Shown piece by piece: positions 50,075 to 63,327 of a stretch of DNA of 64,000 nucleotides. Position 1 is the stretch's first letter. Every line of letters starts with the position of its first letter. Location of the stretch: contig OZ210885.1 of assembly GCA_964658305.1 (NCBI GenBank), forward strand, positions 9,486,001-9,550,000, read 5' to 3'. The position numbers and the translations under genes are program-made. Source of the stretch: Leptogorgia sarmentosa. Its lineage: Eukaryota. Under the pieces are notes generated by a model that searched no databases, was not told the origin of the DNA, and saw nothing but the letters and a program-made list of their open reading frames with translations.

Positions 50075-53000
50075 ATAGTTTTTAAATGAAATTTACACTA
50101 CCAGTATTGAAGTTTGCTTGCGTATGAATTTAAAGGCCTCGTCGAAATCTAATCATAATTAAGAGCAGGAAATTTGGGATACAGACTGTAAGTTTTCAAT
50201 TACAATGCAATTAAGGTCCGTCTGCGTGTTGTTTGACTCTCTGGTCATTGCATGTTCAAGTCTGAATAAGCTCAGTTCAATTTAGGATTTTCAGTAAATC
50301 GTGCCACGTAGCGCTGTATGTCTAATGCATGACATGCCAATGACTGAACATTCGCCGGAGTCATACGTCTCCATGATATAATAACCCCAAGAATACACTG
50401 CAGATATAGCAATGAAAAGCTTTTTATAGTATTCAATGAATATATTTAATGATTCATGATCCCGACCTTTTCAGATCAAAACGTTTGAAATGATATCTAG
50501 TTTTAGGAGTATCCTGTCTGAAAAATTTAAGTCTACAACACTACAACATAGAAACAAACGCTTTTGCATGACGAATTGCTTAGATAAACTAAGTGGTGTG
50601 TGAGGTGTTTGTGTTCACGAAATCACAGATAAAGTAATAGAGACATACTCCAAGGGCACGTTTATTTGGCATTTTGCTGCAGACGCATGATATCGTACTT
50701 TGAAAGGAATTTGTAATGTGACATTTTATAACGTTACTCTGCAAACTGGAAATAATTTCGAAACATTTTCGTAGAGTCACCAAGTGTTAAAATGACTTTT
50801 GAAAGAAAAAGCGATTCTGTATTCATTTTGTGTCACATAACTCAACGCCGTCATATCTCGCGAACGTTCGAGCAATTCTGTTTGCGGGTTTCACTTGAAT
50901 GGTGCTGGGTCGAAGAACAATATAACTGACATAAGTCAGCAAGACACTCATAATGTGACATTTACAATAAAGATTATATAACTATAATAGCACAATTTTC
51001 ATGGTTTTTTTCGGCGCTCATTTCAGACTAAAGTTTATGCAAATTTGGGTAAATCTTTTAAAATACAATTTGAAACTGCACTACGGTCGTTGTGAAACAT
51101 TCAAGATCGTTAAGTTCACAAAGACAATGTCAACATGCGTTTGCATGTAGAATATTTTATATATGTTTCAACTCTGATTCCAATGAAGCAATGATCTACT
51201 TGCTTTCTATGAGGTGACAGTTGATCAGTACTAAAACAATACGCAGATTCGAATTTTCGAACAAAGGCTCTTAGTCGAACTTTTGCTAAAATACAATCCG
51301 TGGTGAGTGGATTTTCCGGTGCTCTTGATGCTATTATTCGTCAGACTAAACCTAAATTATACGATGTATTCCCTCGTAACCCTTTCTGGTGTTTGCTGTT
51401 GTGATCCGCTACCTGCACTGGCGCGCCGCATATTGTATATTTCCTTACACTCTACTCGGTAAAAATAATTCAGTGACAATAAATTTGATGAATTCTACTC
51501 ACCACAAGACATTCTGTGTATAAACTACATGAAGCTGAAGCAAGTTGCTGTTTAAGCTTCGGGAAAATTGTTGCGAAGTGCAAAGTAATGCATGTTGGGT
51601 TTCATGCAACAAAACAGTACATTGAAATGACTTCTGTCACAATAATAAGACGTCTGAACGACTAATACAAGCTTACCCCCGACGTAAACTACTAAAATGT
51701 TTTTCGCCTGACATGAGTTCGTAGCTGTACACAAGCGCACAATGCAACTCAACTTGTGTTGTAAGTAAACGAAAATGTTTTTAATCCGTCATGAATTTAA
51801 AACCATCCAGTGGTAATTTCCCTCTTCTTAGGAAATATAATTATCATAAGAATGGAAAATTAAAGACATTTCGTATATTAAATTTCGCAAAGATTTTGGC
51901 ATTTAAATACCCATCACAGTGAAGTACATGTTACCGTGATTTTCAGGCATAGGTCATGTGGGAAAGAGTTTGGTAGATATACGCGCGACAATTTTAAAAC
52001 TAAAGCACATATATCTTACATTCCTTTAAACAACCCCATAGTTCGTTTACTTGCATGCTGTCAGTCAATTTAATCTGAGTCTTTGTTTTATGGTAGACGC
52101 AATCTATCAACTGTTACAGACTGAAATGTTGCCAATCATATACTATAGTTTTTAATGAAACTTGTAAACAAACTTGCGTGAGGTAAGGGACCGTTCATTA
52201 TTTATGCCTCGGGGTGGCACAGAAAAGAAAATAAAAAATGCTATTTTTTTTTATTTGCCCAACCCTTTTTTTGGCTAATTTTTTTTTACTTAACCCTTCC
52301 TATATAGGTCTTTTGAAATAATTATCGTAACTTTTTAGTATTAACTATTTTCATAAATTTTATGTAGCCGTTCAGTTGGTGTATAGAATGCTTATGAAGC
52401 ACCATACAGTACCAAAATTAATGGATGTTTATGAATTTGTTTGAACATCAAGCAATACTACAAAATAAATATCAATAATCAATACACTTTATATACATAC
52501 CACAGGGCAAAGGATATCTACTCTGTGACCGATGCCGCTCTTGCAAGTTTTCATATTGGGCCAAACCAATCACCAGCGGGATAATTTGACTTACATCTTC
52601 AGGTTATCTATTGTAATTGAATCAGAGACCTAATTTACCCGAAGACGTGAGTTAAAATAACCTGCTGGTGATTGGTTAGGCTTCGTTTGAAAACATAAAA
52701 AATATGTAAAGGTGGCCTCGGTTTGCCTGTTCCAGCTGTAATACAAAGTAGACACTCCTTGAAAGACACTTACTTTATTTTACCCACCCTTTCAGAGCAA
52801 CTCCAATTTTCCCTTTACGCACCCTTTGTGTAGGTGAAAAAATCGGTTACCCACCCATTTTCTCTTCGGTGCCACCCCGAGGCATAAATAATGAACGGTC
52901 CCTAAACACTGCTAGTATTGAAGTTTGCTTTCCTTAGTTTGCTTTGAAGACTTCGTCACAACCTAATTAGTCAAGAACAGTAAATTTGCTAACAGCGCTA

Positions 53001-53850
53001 CAGACTGAGCGTTGCTAAGTTGCAGTCATATCGCTGAAAACCTGAACGCAATAAAGGTCCACCTGTTGTTTGGTCCCTGGTTATTGCATGCTCAAGTCTG
53101 TATTGAATAAGCCCGAAGTGAGGATGGAGGCTGCTTTGTTTGGCAATGCTCAATTCAATTTAGGATTTCAACAAATTGTGCCAAGTAGCGCTGTATGCAT
53201 GACATGTCAGCGATTGAACACGCACAAGTCATATGTATGTTCACCATGATATAACCACACAAGAATCAGTACAGATAGTAATGGAAAGCTTTAAAGCATT
53301 TAATAAATAATGATTCATGACCTCAGCTTTTATAAAAAGATCAAAATCTTGTCTAGTTTTATCAGTGTCTTGTCTGAATAAATTAAGTTTAATTTACAAA
53401 CAAGCGCTCTTGTATGAAGAATATCTTAGATAAACTAAGTGGTGATATGTGGAGTTTATGTTCGATACAAGGCTCACGAGATCACAGATAATTAAAAGTA
53501 AGAGCGACATAGAACACCCTCACATAACCTGAGACAATATTACACGAATGGTAGAAGCGTAAAGGCATGTTTGTTTGTCATTGTGTTGCAACGTCATCAG
53601 ATGGATATTGTGCTTTGAAAGGAAATTTGTTATATGGGATTTTGTAACGTTGTTGTGCAAACTGGAAATAGTTTCAAAAGTTTTATTATAGTACTCACCA
53701 AATGTTGAATTCGCAAAGATGTTAAAAGGACAAAAGCTTCTGTATTAAACTTCTATGACGTAAATAAATGTCGCCACATATTGAGAACGTTCCACAAACA
53801 TGTGGGTTTCACTTGAATGGTGCCGGGTCGAAGAATAATATAACTTAGTC
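50075..53850. repeat. Diverged direct duplication of about 0.9 kb (50075-50940 vs 52905-53850)
   Basis: Colinear shared blocks, e.g. agtattgaagtttgctt, tagataaactaagtggtg and gggtttcacttgaatggtg. Confidence 0.8.
52187..52902. mobile_element. PIF/Harbinger-type MITE
   Basis: TIR GGGACCGTTCATTATTTATGCCTCGGGGTGGCAC; TSD TAA. Confidence 0.88.
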
Positions 53851-55098
53851 ATATGTCACGAGTTGCGTGGGAGCAAGGAGCAGCATGTATTTACCATGCA
53901 TCAGACATTGATTATGAGTGCGAATTAGAATCGACTCTGACTTGTATAGGCGTGCCGATTCCAAAAAAGTTTTCTTTATAGAAATTACTCTTTTGTTGTT
54001 AATCTCGGGTTATAAATTCACTATAAGTTTAAATTCAATTCTGGCGAACAGCATCATAAATTCGTGTTGTTTAGCCTCATTTGCACCAACAAGCTTTATT
54101 TGGCAAGTTCCACTTTAACAATTTTTTCTTGCATTTATAGTTTTTAATGGACGTGAAACTGCAGAGACCTGTCCAAAGTTATACAACAAAGGTTGGATAC
54201 AGACATAAAGAGCAGACCATCATGTGTTTGCTAAAGCTGCAATAACAACTCAACTGATCATATGTTAAGTATGGCGTAGCGTTCGCAGTAATTGCAACTG
54301 TCATTCAATAGAAACCTATCACAAAGTCATGGCTAGCTGCTCTATATAGAATTGTAAGGTTAAAAATAAAATTGTAATCAGCAGGAACCAAACCCGAGTT
54401 ATTGTGGTAAATATCAAGTGAAGCGATAATAATTTTAATACACATTAATACACAGGCAGAAAGCTAAAAACATCATACACTACAGTCATGCTTTGTAGTG
54501 GGAAATTCTATCTTTTTACACGTCTCTGCGACGGCAATCATTGCAATTTTCAGGGCACCAGATTAACTTGTACATTTAATATATTTAATAGGGAGCTAGG
54601 GCAATCTTTCTAGTTTTAAAGTGCCCAGTTTAATTTGCATGTACATGTGCCAAAATCAACAAAAACGTCAAGAATATATGTCTACAGGTTTGACAGATCA
54701 AAAGGAAGTGGCGAAAGGAAAACAATTAAAATATTCCACAGAATCAAAACACTTCACTTATAAAAACTCTTTGATATCAATCACACTGATGAATAAAGCA
54801 ACTTTGTTATTTCACATAGTTCGGTGCCAGCGAGATATTTGTTATCATTCTTTAGAGAGAGTATATAAAATCGGCGGATTATCGCACAACGTTTGTATTT
54901 TCAACAATATATAACATAATCGATATAATTGAAAAGATTGGGCTACATGTGGTTTGGGATACAAAGATAAAGAAAGAGATTTAAAAGGTAATCTTCAAGC
55001 TAACATTATATGCAGTTAGATTTGCAAGTCTGAGAGATCATCTGACCATGTCTGTATAATATCTATAATATTCGAACATTAATTGGCTTATAAGCTAT

Positions 55099-56661
55099 TA
55101 TAATATAAGTAGGATAAAATCTGCAGCGTGATTGGCTAATGAGCGTGCATTATTTAAGGGTTAGAGACTGCTGTGAGTGTTTTGTTTACAAATATACGCA
55201 CGCGCTGATCGTACAATGAACGAGAAATTTTCAATACTGCACGAGGCGAAGCCGAGTGCAGTATTGAAAATTTTGAGTTCATAGTACGATCAGCAAGTGC
55301 GTATATTTGTAAACAAAACACGAACTTAGCAGTCTCTAACACATTTAATATATAATCTGAGTTCACTGCTTGCACGCAAATGCACGCACTGCTTGCGGGT
55401 TCTTTGCCCACGAAATAAAATAAAATAAAACAAAATAAATCAATTTCAGTTGAAAACAACATTTATTTGGTATTGCATCCTCTATAATCTTGACAATTTC
55501 TTCCTCATCGACTCGAGCAAACCTTGAACATGAACTGGCAGCCTCGCCGGTGGCAGCCATTTTCAATAATGCACGTTTTTTATGCGTTATTGTCAATAAT
55601 GCACTGGCAGAATTCATTGTTGCCAGGTAACAAGAACACACGTGATCGATTTTGACCAATTACGTGCGTGCATTTTGTACAGTGAACAAAAATTATATAT
55701 TAAAACAGCGTAATGCACGCGTCTAGCTATTAAATTCTCCCGCGACTTTTTGGTTTGATAAAAAGACAATAAAGATACATATATACTAAAAATACGTCCA
55801 TAAAAAACGCTTGAATTGTTTGCTTTCGCTCAGCTAAAGGAATAAAGCTGTGTTGCTGCTTGGCAACATTTGAGAACACGCTTGATTACATGTAAAGAGA
55901 ATTGTAATTTTGATCTTCCTAACGAAGTTTTTTGTTGCGCTAATATTCTCTTATATTATAAAAGAAATAGAAAAACTCGTCGCGTGCCATTATGCTGTTA
56001 TAATGCACTCGGGCAATGTTGTGAGAATACTCGAGAATCGCGTAAAACACTCGGCTATGCCTCTTGTTTTACGCGATTCTCTCGTATTCTCCCAACATTG
56101 CCCTCGTGCATTATAACAGCATAATGGCACGCGACTCGTTATCTATTTCTTAATTATAATATAAGTAGGGTAAAATCTGCAACGTGATTGGCTAATGAGC
56201 GTGCATTATAACAGCGTAATGCACGCATCTAGCTATTAAATTTCTCCCGCGACTCTTTGGTTTGACAAAAAGACAATAAAAATACATATATACTAAAAAT
56301 ACATCCATAAAAAACGCTTGAATTGTTTGCTTTCGCTCAGCTAAAGGGATAAAGCTGTGTTGCTGCTTGGCAACATTTGAGAACACGCTTGATTACATGT
56401 AAAGAGAATTGTAATTTTGATCTTCCTAACGAAGTTATTTGTTGCGCTAATATTCTCTTATATTATAAAAGAAATAGAAAAACTCGTCGCGTGCCATTAT
56501 GTTGTTATAATTGCACTCGGGCAATGTTGTGAGAATACTCGAGAATCGCGTAAAACACTCGGCTACGCCTCGTGTTTTACGCGATTCTCTCGTATTCTCC
56601 CAACATTGCCCTCGTGCATTATAACAGCATAATGGCACGCGACTCGTTATCTATTTCTTAA
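55099..56661. repeat. Tandem pair of ~500-bp palindromic repeats; the first is interrupted by a ~550-bp insertion
   Basis: 55099-55153 plus 55703-56152 corresponds to 56153-56661. Confidence 0.8.
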
Positions 56662-57165
56662 TTATTTGTGATTCTATATATTTGGTGAGTTTGCCATTTT
56701 GCAAGAGTAATAGTAAATGACAAAGATTTGTCATTCGCTTTGCAATTTTAGGCTTTAAGGTCTATTTTCCGCGTCGCACACTGTAAATGGGCATTTATTG
56801 GGTATGGTGCATTTAAGCAGTAATTCATAACTTTCCTAAGCTTAAATCAACATATTATAGTTCTGGTTTCATCCCAATCAGAACCTTTTCATAATTTTGA
56901 TACGTCTACTGTCCAGAAGTCAAAATGTGATTGTTTAAGGTGTGAAAACATAACCATTCGTCGCTTTGTGTCAAAGTATGTCAAAGTATTTGAATGATGT
57001 AATTATTGAATCTGACGAAATCAACACATAATATTATTACAACGAGAAATTTGGCCGTGGGGCTTCATTTCTCATTTCATGTGGGGCTTCATTTTTCATT
57101 TCAAAGTAGATGTTGATTTGGAGACCATGATTGTGCCAGCATTGTAACAAGAGGGGATAACTAAA

Positions 57166-57915
57166 GGCTATGTGTGAAACAAGGAACGGGGAACCTGGAA
57201 AGCGGATCGTAAAGGGAATACATGAATCTGTAAAACCCGGAACCTGTAAAACCAGGAACCTGTAAAAGCAGGACCTGTAAAAGCCGGTGACTGTAAAAGA
57301 CGGAATCTTAAAACAAGGAATCTCTGAAGCCAGGAATCTGTAAAACCAGGAATCTGTAAAACTAGGAATGAGTAAAATCTAGAACCTAAAAAAAACGGGA
57401 ATCTATAAAACCAGGAATCTGTAAAACCAGGAATCTGTAAAACCAGGCATCTATAAAATCAGGAATCAATAAAACCAGGAGTCTGTAAAATCAGGAATCT
57501 GTAAAATCAGGAATCTGCAAAATCAGGAATCTGTAAAATCAGGAATCTATAAAATCAGGAGTCTGCAAAACCAGGAATCTATAAAATCAGGAATCTTTAA
57601 AATCAGGAATCGGTAAACCAGGAATCGGTAAAACCAGAAATCTATAAAATCAGGAATCTGTAAAATCAGGAATCTGTAAAACCAGAAATCTATAAAACCA
57701 GAAATCTATAAAACCAGAAATCTATAAAACCAGGAATCTGTAAAACCAGAAATCTATAAAACCAGGAATCTGTAAAACCAGAAATCTATTAAACCAGGAA
57801 TCTGTAAAATCAGGAATCTGTAAAATCAGTATTCTATAAAATCAGGAATCTGTAAATTTAGGAATCAAAACCAGGAATCTGTAAAATCAGGAGTCCTTTA
57901 AAAGCCGGCATCTGT
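57166..57915 (+). mobile_element. Left end of a second foldback/MULE-like element with a 16-bp tandem array
   Basis: Starts GGCTATGTGTGAAACAAGGAACGGG, similar to the 23178 TIR. About 40 copies of GTAAAACCAGGAATCT follow. No right end seen in the window. Confidence 0.65.
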
Positions 57916-58928
57916 AGTAAAGCCAATCAATTCATTTCATTTCAAAATTCCAGTGCACTTAGTGCATCTAATGCCAAAAAATCCGCTAGAAATCCGGTAA
58001 AATAAAAAAAAACTTATGCTTCGCCCAAAGAATGCTGTACAAGTCCAAAGTAATTCAGAAAAAATCAATAGGTTTAAAGAGATCAATAAAAATTCATTTG
58101 CCGTGCAATGCTATAATCGAATTCATTTGACATCAGTTGTTTGTTTACTTTGTTACTGTTGCTGGCAAACAGCCAAAGCGAAATGAAAAAAATAAATAGA
58201 ATTGCTGCTTTTTTATTCCACATGACAATCATAAAAAGTAAATTCATTGAAATGATTTAATCACCCTGTTCAATGGTTAAAATATACCGTTTACGACACC
58301 AAAATATTTCGCCGAAAATGTTCGTACTAAAAAGTATTTCCAAAAATATAGAAGGGAAATTAAATCAACTGGTGATCTCATTTTTTAAAAATTTAAATTT
58401 TAACTTAAGATAAACTACAAGTTTCCGATATATATTTCAATTTTTTCTATTAAAACAGACATACAAAAGAGATTTTTGAAGTTGTTTTGGCCAATGAAAC
58501 GTTTTAACCTTCAGAAAGTCTATTTTGATTTAACACAAAAATCTAAAGTTCGTTAGTATTTTGAAATAATAAGAAGGCAGTCTTACATTTACAAAACGTA
58601 AACTTTCTTAAATTAAGCTGTTAACAGACTTAATGTGGCGCTAAACCAGCAATTCATAAAAATACGCAAAATTTTATATGCAAACAACACATACGCTTGT
58701 CCTGTATTTCAATCCACTGATCCTCGTTTCTCCTGCCTTCTCTATCTTTGCGAGAACGTATGCGTGCATTCCAACGCCATTTCTAGCCATGACCTGATTG
58801 AGTGTTGTTAACGTTAGCATTGTCAGCATTACGTTTGGCCAGCCAATCACAGTTGGCTGGCCATTCTCTATAGTTATTTTCCAAGTTTTACCTTTGCCTA
58901 AAATAGTTTTATAACACTTGTTTTGCAG

Positions 58929-59989
58929 CAAATATCAAATTTGTTTTGACGTTCAAACGTTTGTCTCTGTATTGAAAAGTGAAATCTTAGAAAGGCCTAC
59001 AACATTTGCAAAACCGTTGATTGCAATTGTAAAGAATGCCATCACCAAGGACGATTTTGATGAATCCAAAATTGATGGATTATCGCTAGAAGTGATGGGT
59101 GGAAACCACCGCCGTGAGGCATTGTTGCAACTAAACAAAGAAGGACAACTTAAAGAGCACCCATAATGTACGCAATGGTGCAGTTATATACAGGTTTGTC
59201 AGTTGCTTTGGGATGAATTAGGGTGTTTAGGAATTTTTAATCACAAGCAATGTATGCTTCCCTTTTCTTTCCAGAAATGCCTTCTAAAGATGCATTACGA
59301 TTGGCACAGTTGCATAACAGGGTAGATGCCTTGCACCACAACCTCAACGCAGCTGATAAGGTACCATTATGTATAATAAGTTGAAGAGGTGTACCATAAT
59401 CTGTATACGTAATGTTTGTTTGATCTTGCCGGAAAACAATCAACAGTGTAATTAAGTTTTAAAAAGACATCCTCTTGTTTATAACATAAATCATAATCTC
59501 CATATTGCAACCAATTGCAAAATACAACATTATTTTACTCTAGATGTTACTGTGCCGAAAACTATTGGTGGAGCAATTTAATAAAAAAAAGTGCCCTGAA
59601 TGGAGGAGTATGTGTTCTGCCATTATTAGTGAATCAGTACGTTTTTCTGGAATAATAATACCTTGAGAGTGAAAGTTATAGTATAAACTGGCATTTTTAT
59701 TGCTATAGTGTGATAAAATAGGGGTGCAATATTTATATTGGTATTTACTTGATAGGAGTCTACACTTGCAAATATTCTGTTTGTGTGTGCTGATGTCGGT
59801 GAGAAAGTTTTCCACACATTAGTGGAAATTGCCATGAAATATCGGAAGATGGAATTGAAAAGGCAAAGAGCCAAAAAGAAGGTATTGCAAAATATCAAAT
59901 CCCAAGCTGATTTTCCGTTTGCAGAAATAAAATGCATGAGAGGGGATGTGACTGGGAAAGAGTTACTTGACATCAATTGGGTCAAGTGA
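58929..59989 (+). pseudogene. Spliced ParB/Sulfiredoxin-like domain gene fragment
   Basis: Exons 58929-59193, 59275-59360, 59544-59636, 59756-~59989 join in phase. Motif LEVMGGNHRREALLQL then ALRLAQLHN. Frameshift/stop at about 59164. Confidence 0.7.
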
Positions 59990-60199
59990 ATTCACGAGAG
60001 AATTCTTTGGGTTGAATTCATTCTGCGTGCATTACAATGCTTCTTTGTCAAGCATTCCAACTGCTGCAAGAATGGAAAATTTTTTGGGACGGCGGAGATA
60101 TTACATTAAGCCCGTATTTATCTTCCTCAGTACAAAGTACATTAGAGATTGGATACAATCAATGGCTTGCTGATGGAAAATTTTGAAAATTTGCTGTTG

Positions 60200-60333
60200 T
60201 GTAGTCGGCAGGATTTGAACCTGTGCGGGAATTGAACCTGTGCAGGAATTGAACCTGTGCAGGAATTAAACCTGTGCGGGAATTTCCCAACAGATTTCAA
60301 GTCTGTCGCCTTAAGCACTCGGGCCACGACTAC
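60200..60333 (-). pseudogene. tRNA-Ser(TGA) pseudogene with internal tandem expansion
   Basis: Ser body with the unit ttgaacctgtgc(a/g)ggaa repeated 4 times. Confidence 0.85.
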
Positions 60334-60548
60334 GTTGACATTAATATTGGCTTGCACTTCGATATGAATAAATCTTCAATCTGCCCGTAAACTCGAACAT
60401 AATATTTTAGTACTTAACAGAAGGACTAATCGTATTCAAGTATTGGTGGATATATTTAACACGAATGGCAGTATATGCATCTTAACCCTTTGGGTTGCAT
60501 TTTTTCCCATGAATTTGAAAGTTTTACAGTTTATAGGTTCGGTAAATT

Positions 60549-60620
60549 AAGGAGCGGGCGGATTTGAACCACCGACCTCTCGATCTGCAGTCGAATGCTC
60601 TACCACTGAGCTACACTCCC
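60549..60620 (-). tRNA. tRNA-Cys: tRNA-Cys(GCA)
   Basis: GGGAGTGTAGCTCAGTGGTAGAGCATTCGACTGCAGATCGAGAGGTC...GGTTCAAATCC; cloverleaf intact. Confidence 0.92.
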
Positions 60621-60875
60621 TGTGTGGACTACCAAGATAATTACGTACATGTTATTTCAAACGCAGCTGTAATCAATTCACGGACCTCTTTGTTTTCAAA
60701 TTTACATTCAAATACAAAATCATTTTTGGCTTGTTTCATAACCTTAATACAAAAAAAACGCGACTTCTCGAATCTGTCACTTTAAACACTCATCGCCACC
60801 ACCACCGAGAACAGAATCTCTTCTCATCAAGGTTTTTCCCCAAAAAATCATGTTTACATTCGAGGCTTTGCGTAG

Positions 60876-60957
60876 CGTTGTCGGCAGGATTTGAACCTGC
60901 GCGGGAAACTCCCAACAGATTTCTAGTCTGTCGCCTTAACCGCTCGGCCACGACTAC
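60876..60957 (-). tRNA. tRNA-Ser: tRNA-Ser(AGA)
   Basis: 82 nt with long variable arm; anticodon loop CTAGAAA; one acceptor-stem mismatch. Confidence 0.88.
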
Positions 60958-61890
60958 GTTGCTACATCCAACGGGTTTCGCGTAGTTCAACTAAACATTG
61001 ACATCTACCACTCACCAACACACTCAGCGCTAAATTGATTGGCTAAAAAGCTTCAACAACTGTGCGAATTAAACATTAATTACACAGGTGTGTAATTCAT
61101 TTTTCAAATACCTCGGTTTCGAGCCCGCGATATGCGAGCGGTAAATTTAAAAACAAGTAAACTACTGTAAAATTTTCGTTTGCGTAGAAATTTACGATGG
61201 ATTTTCATTTGTTTGATATTGAAATTGCCCTGAAATTACTACAATGATATTAAAAGGAAATTACACTTTTTCTCGAAGTAATAATGAAAAATTGCACTTG
61301 TGTTTGGCGAAATACCGCGAAATATTTCGCCAAACACGCGTGCAATTTTCATTAATACTTCTCGAACCGCGTAATTTCCTATACAAATTTGCTGGGATGT
61401 GCGAACGATTTTGCAAAGATGCACGACTTGCAGTTACTTTTACAAGTGCATGCATGTTTTTTATCTAAATTGGAAAAGCATCTGAATCCCACTCCTGCAT
61501 CTTGGTGCACTACACGAGAAGTATAGCAATCCCTCAATTTCACCCTCCCAAACACTAACAAGATAATACAAAAACAACATAAACACAGTATTTCCGATAA
61601 TCATTGAAAATTCGCAATGGTTTTAAAATCGTTCGACTTCAACTGCTATTGATTGAAAAATTCCACTAAAATAATGTGTGCCTCCGTCACGTATTCGGCT
61701 CACGTCAGTTGTCAAGAGAAAATCAGAACGGGATGTGGCATGTTGAAGGTAGCAAAGAATAAATGTGGTAGGAAATTCCATGTTTTCATACGTAGTACTC
61801 TCACTCGTAGTAATCTCTCGAAATTTTCTTCCAAATTCAAATTAAAAATATTATCGTTATTTTCACATTCTGAGAAAAGATAAATGTTTC

Positions 61891-61962
61891 TCCCATGTAT
61901 TCCAGTGGTCAGGATCTGGCGCTCTCACCGCTAAGGCCCGGGTTCGATTCCCGGCATGGGAA
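61891..61962 (+). tRNA. tRNA-Glu: tRNA-Glu(CTC), D-arm slightly degenerate
   Basis: TCCCATG...GGCGCTCTCACCGCT...GGTTCGATTCCCGGCATGGGAA. Confidence 0.8.
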
Positions 61963-62366
61963 TAATACTTGCGAGAGAAGGAAAAAAACGTGCAATTCGA
62001 GAAATTAGCAAAACCATTGCTATTATAATAGCTCTATCCCTCTTACCCATTCTTTTGGTGTTTTCTGTATTTAAGCCTTTGTTGTCATGATTTTGCTTCT
62101 CCAAAACAGTTTCCTAGAATTCTAAGCCAGAATATTTTCATTTCGTTGCATTTCAATTTCAATTTCGTTGCATTTCAGTTTCATAACCTTAATACAATAA
62201 AAACGGGATTTCTTTCCGTTGATTTTGTAGATGGAAAACTTGTACATTGAATCTGTCACTTTAAACACTCACCCACCACCACCGAAAAGAGAACTTCCTG
62301 TCATCGAGTTTTCCATAAAAAAATCATGTTTATATTCGAGGCCAAAATTTTAAAGACTTTGCATAA

Positions 62367-62448
62367 CGTAGTCGGCAGGATTTGAACCTGCGCGGGAAAC
62401 TCCCAACAGATTTCGAGACTGTCGCCTTAACCTTTCGGCCAAGACTAC
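62367..62448 (-). tRNA. tRNA-Ser: tRNA-Ser(CGA), possibly a pseudogene
   Basis: 82-nt Ser body; mismatches in the anticodon stem, acceptor stem and D loop. Confidence 0.75.
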
Positions 62449-62946
62449 GTAACCACAACCAACAGGTTTCGCGTTGTTAAACTAAACATTGACATCTACA
62501 ACTGACCTACACTCTGAGCGCCATACTGTGAATAATATGTAGAATAGTGAGAAGTGGTTATACCGTTGCGTGGCGCTTGAGCCCAAGGTTGCTTGGGAAT
62601 AAAATGGATTCTTTTGGGTGTTTCTTTCTTAATAATATACGTAAATGTTTAGGTCGACTGTGATTGGTTTATTTCAGTGCAGTTAATCCCAAATCATAGT
62701 ATAATTTTGTGTAATCACAGTGCCATTTTCTGTTATCACTTGGAATCAATTAAATTAGAGCTCAAGCTACAGATTGCTTCAAAACAAAACAAACATGGCG
62801 GACGCGCTAAACAAAGCAAAAATTGTCTTCGGATCGAAAATATAGCTTTTATCTTCTATCCACGTCCAACGGCAATAATAAACAGAACTTCAACGGTGAC
62901 AATGCACGCAATGGTAATTACAATAATTTTTGCTGTATGAAACAGA

Positions 62947-63018
62947 TGCCGTGACCAGGATTCGAACCTGGGTTATAGCGGTAACAACGCAATGTACTAA
63001 CCACTATACGATCACGGC
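62947..63018 (-). tRNA. tRNA with a His-type body but a GTT anticodon
   Basis: GCCGTGATCGTATAGTGGTTAGTAC...TCACGGCA is a His body; the loop is TTGTTAC instead of TTGTGGC. Confidence 0.8.
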
Positions 63019-63133
63019 CACGTCGCTGCAAAATTGGAAAATGTTTTGGAAGGGCTGAGATATTACATTAATTAATCCCATATTTTTCTTCGTCAGTACA
63101 AATTATATTAGAGAACTTTTTGATACCATCAAT

Positions 63134-63205
63134 GGCTTGCTGGTCTAGTGGTATGATTCTCGCTTAGGGTGCGAGAGGTCACGGGTTCGATTCCCGTGCA
63201 AGCCC
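63134..63205 (+). tRNA. tRNA-Pro: tRNA-Pro(AGG)
   Basis: GGCTTGCTGGTCTAGTGGTATGATTCTCGCTTAGGGTGCGAGAGGTC...GGTTCGATTCC. Confidence 0.93.
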
Positions 63206-63327
63206 TAGTTAATTAACCATGTAAGACGTTCGCTTTTTTGAAAGCTTTGGTAAGTCCTTAGAAAACCCCGCGCAAAAAATTCCGTTACATTTACCGTCAC
63301 GACGTCTGAATAACATCACACCAAACA

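Noticed and set aside
58674..58931. 85-aa minus-strand ORF
   Set aside because: No recognisable motif; it lies just upstream of the plus-strand ParB-like exons.
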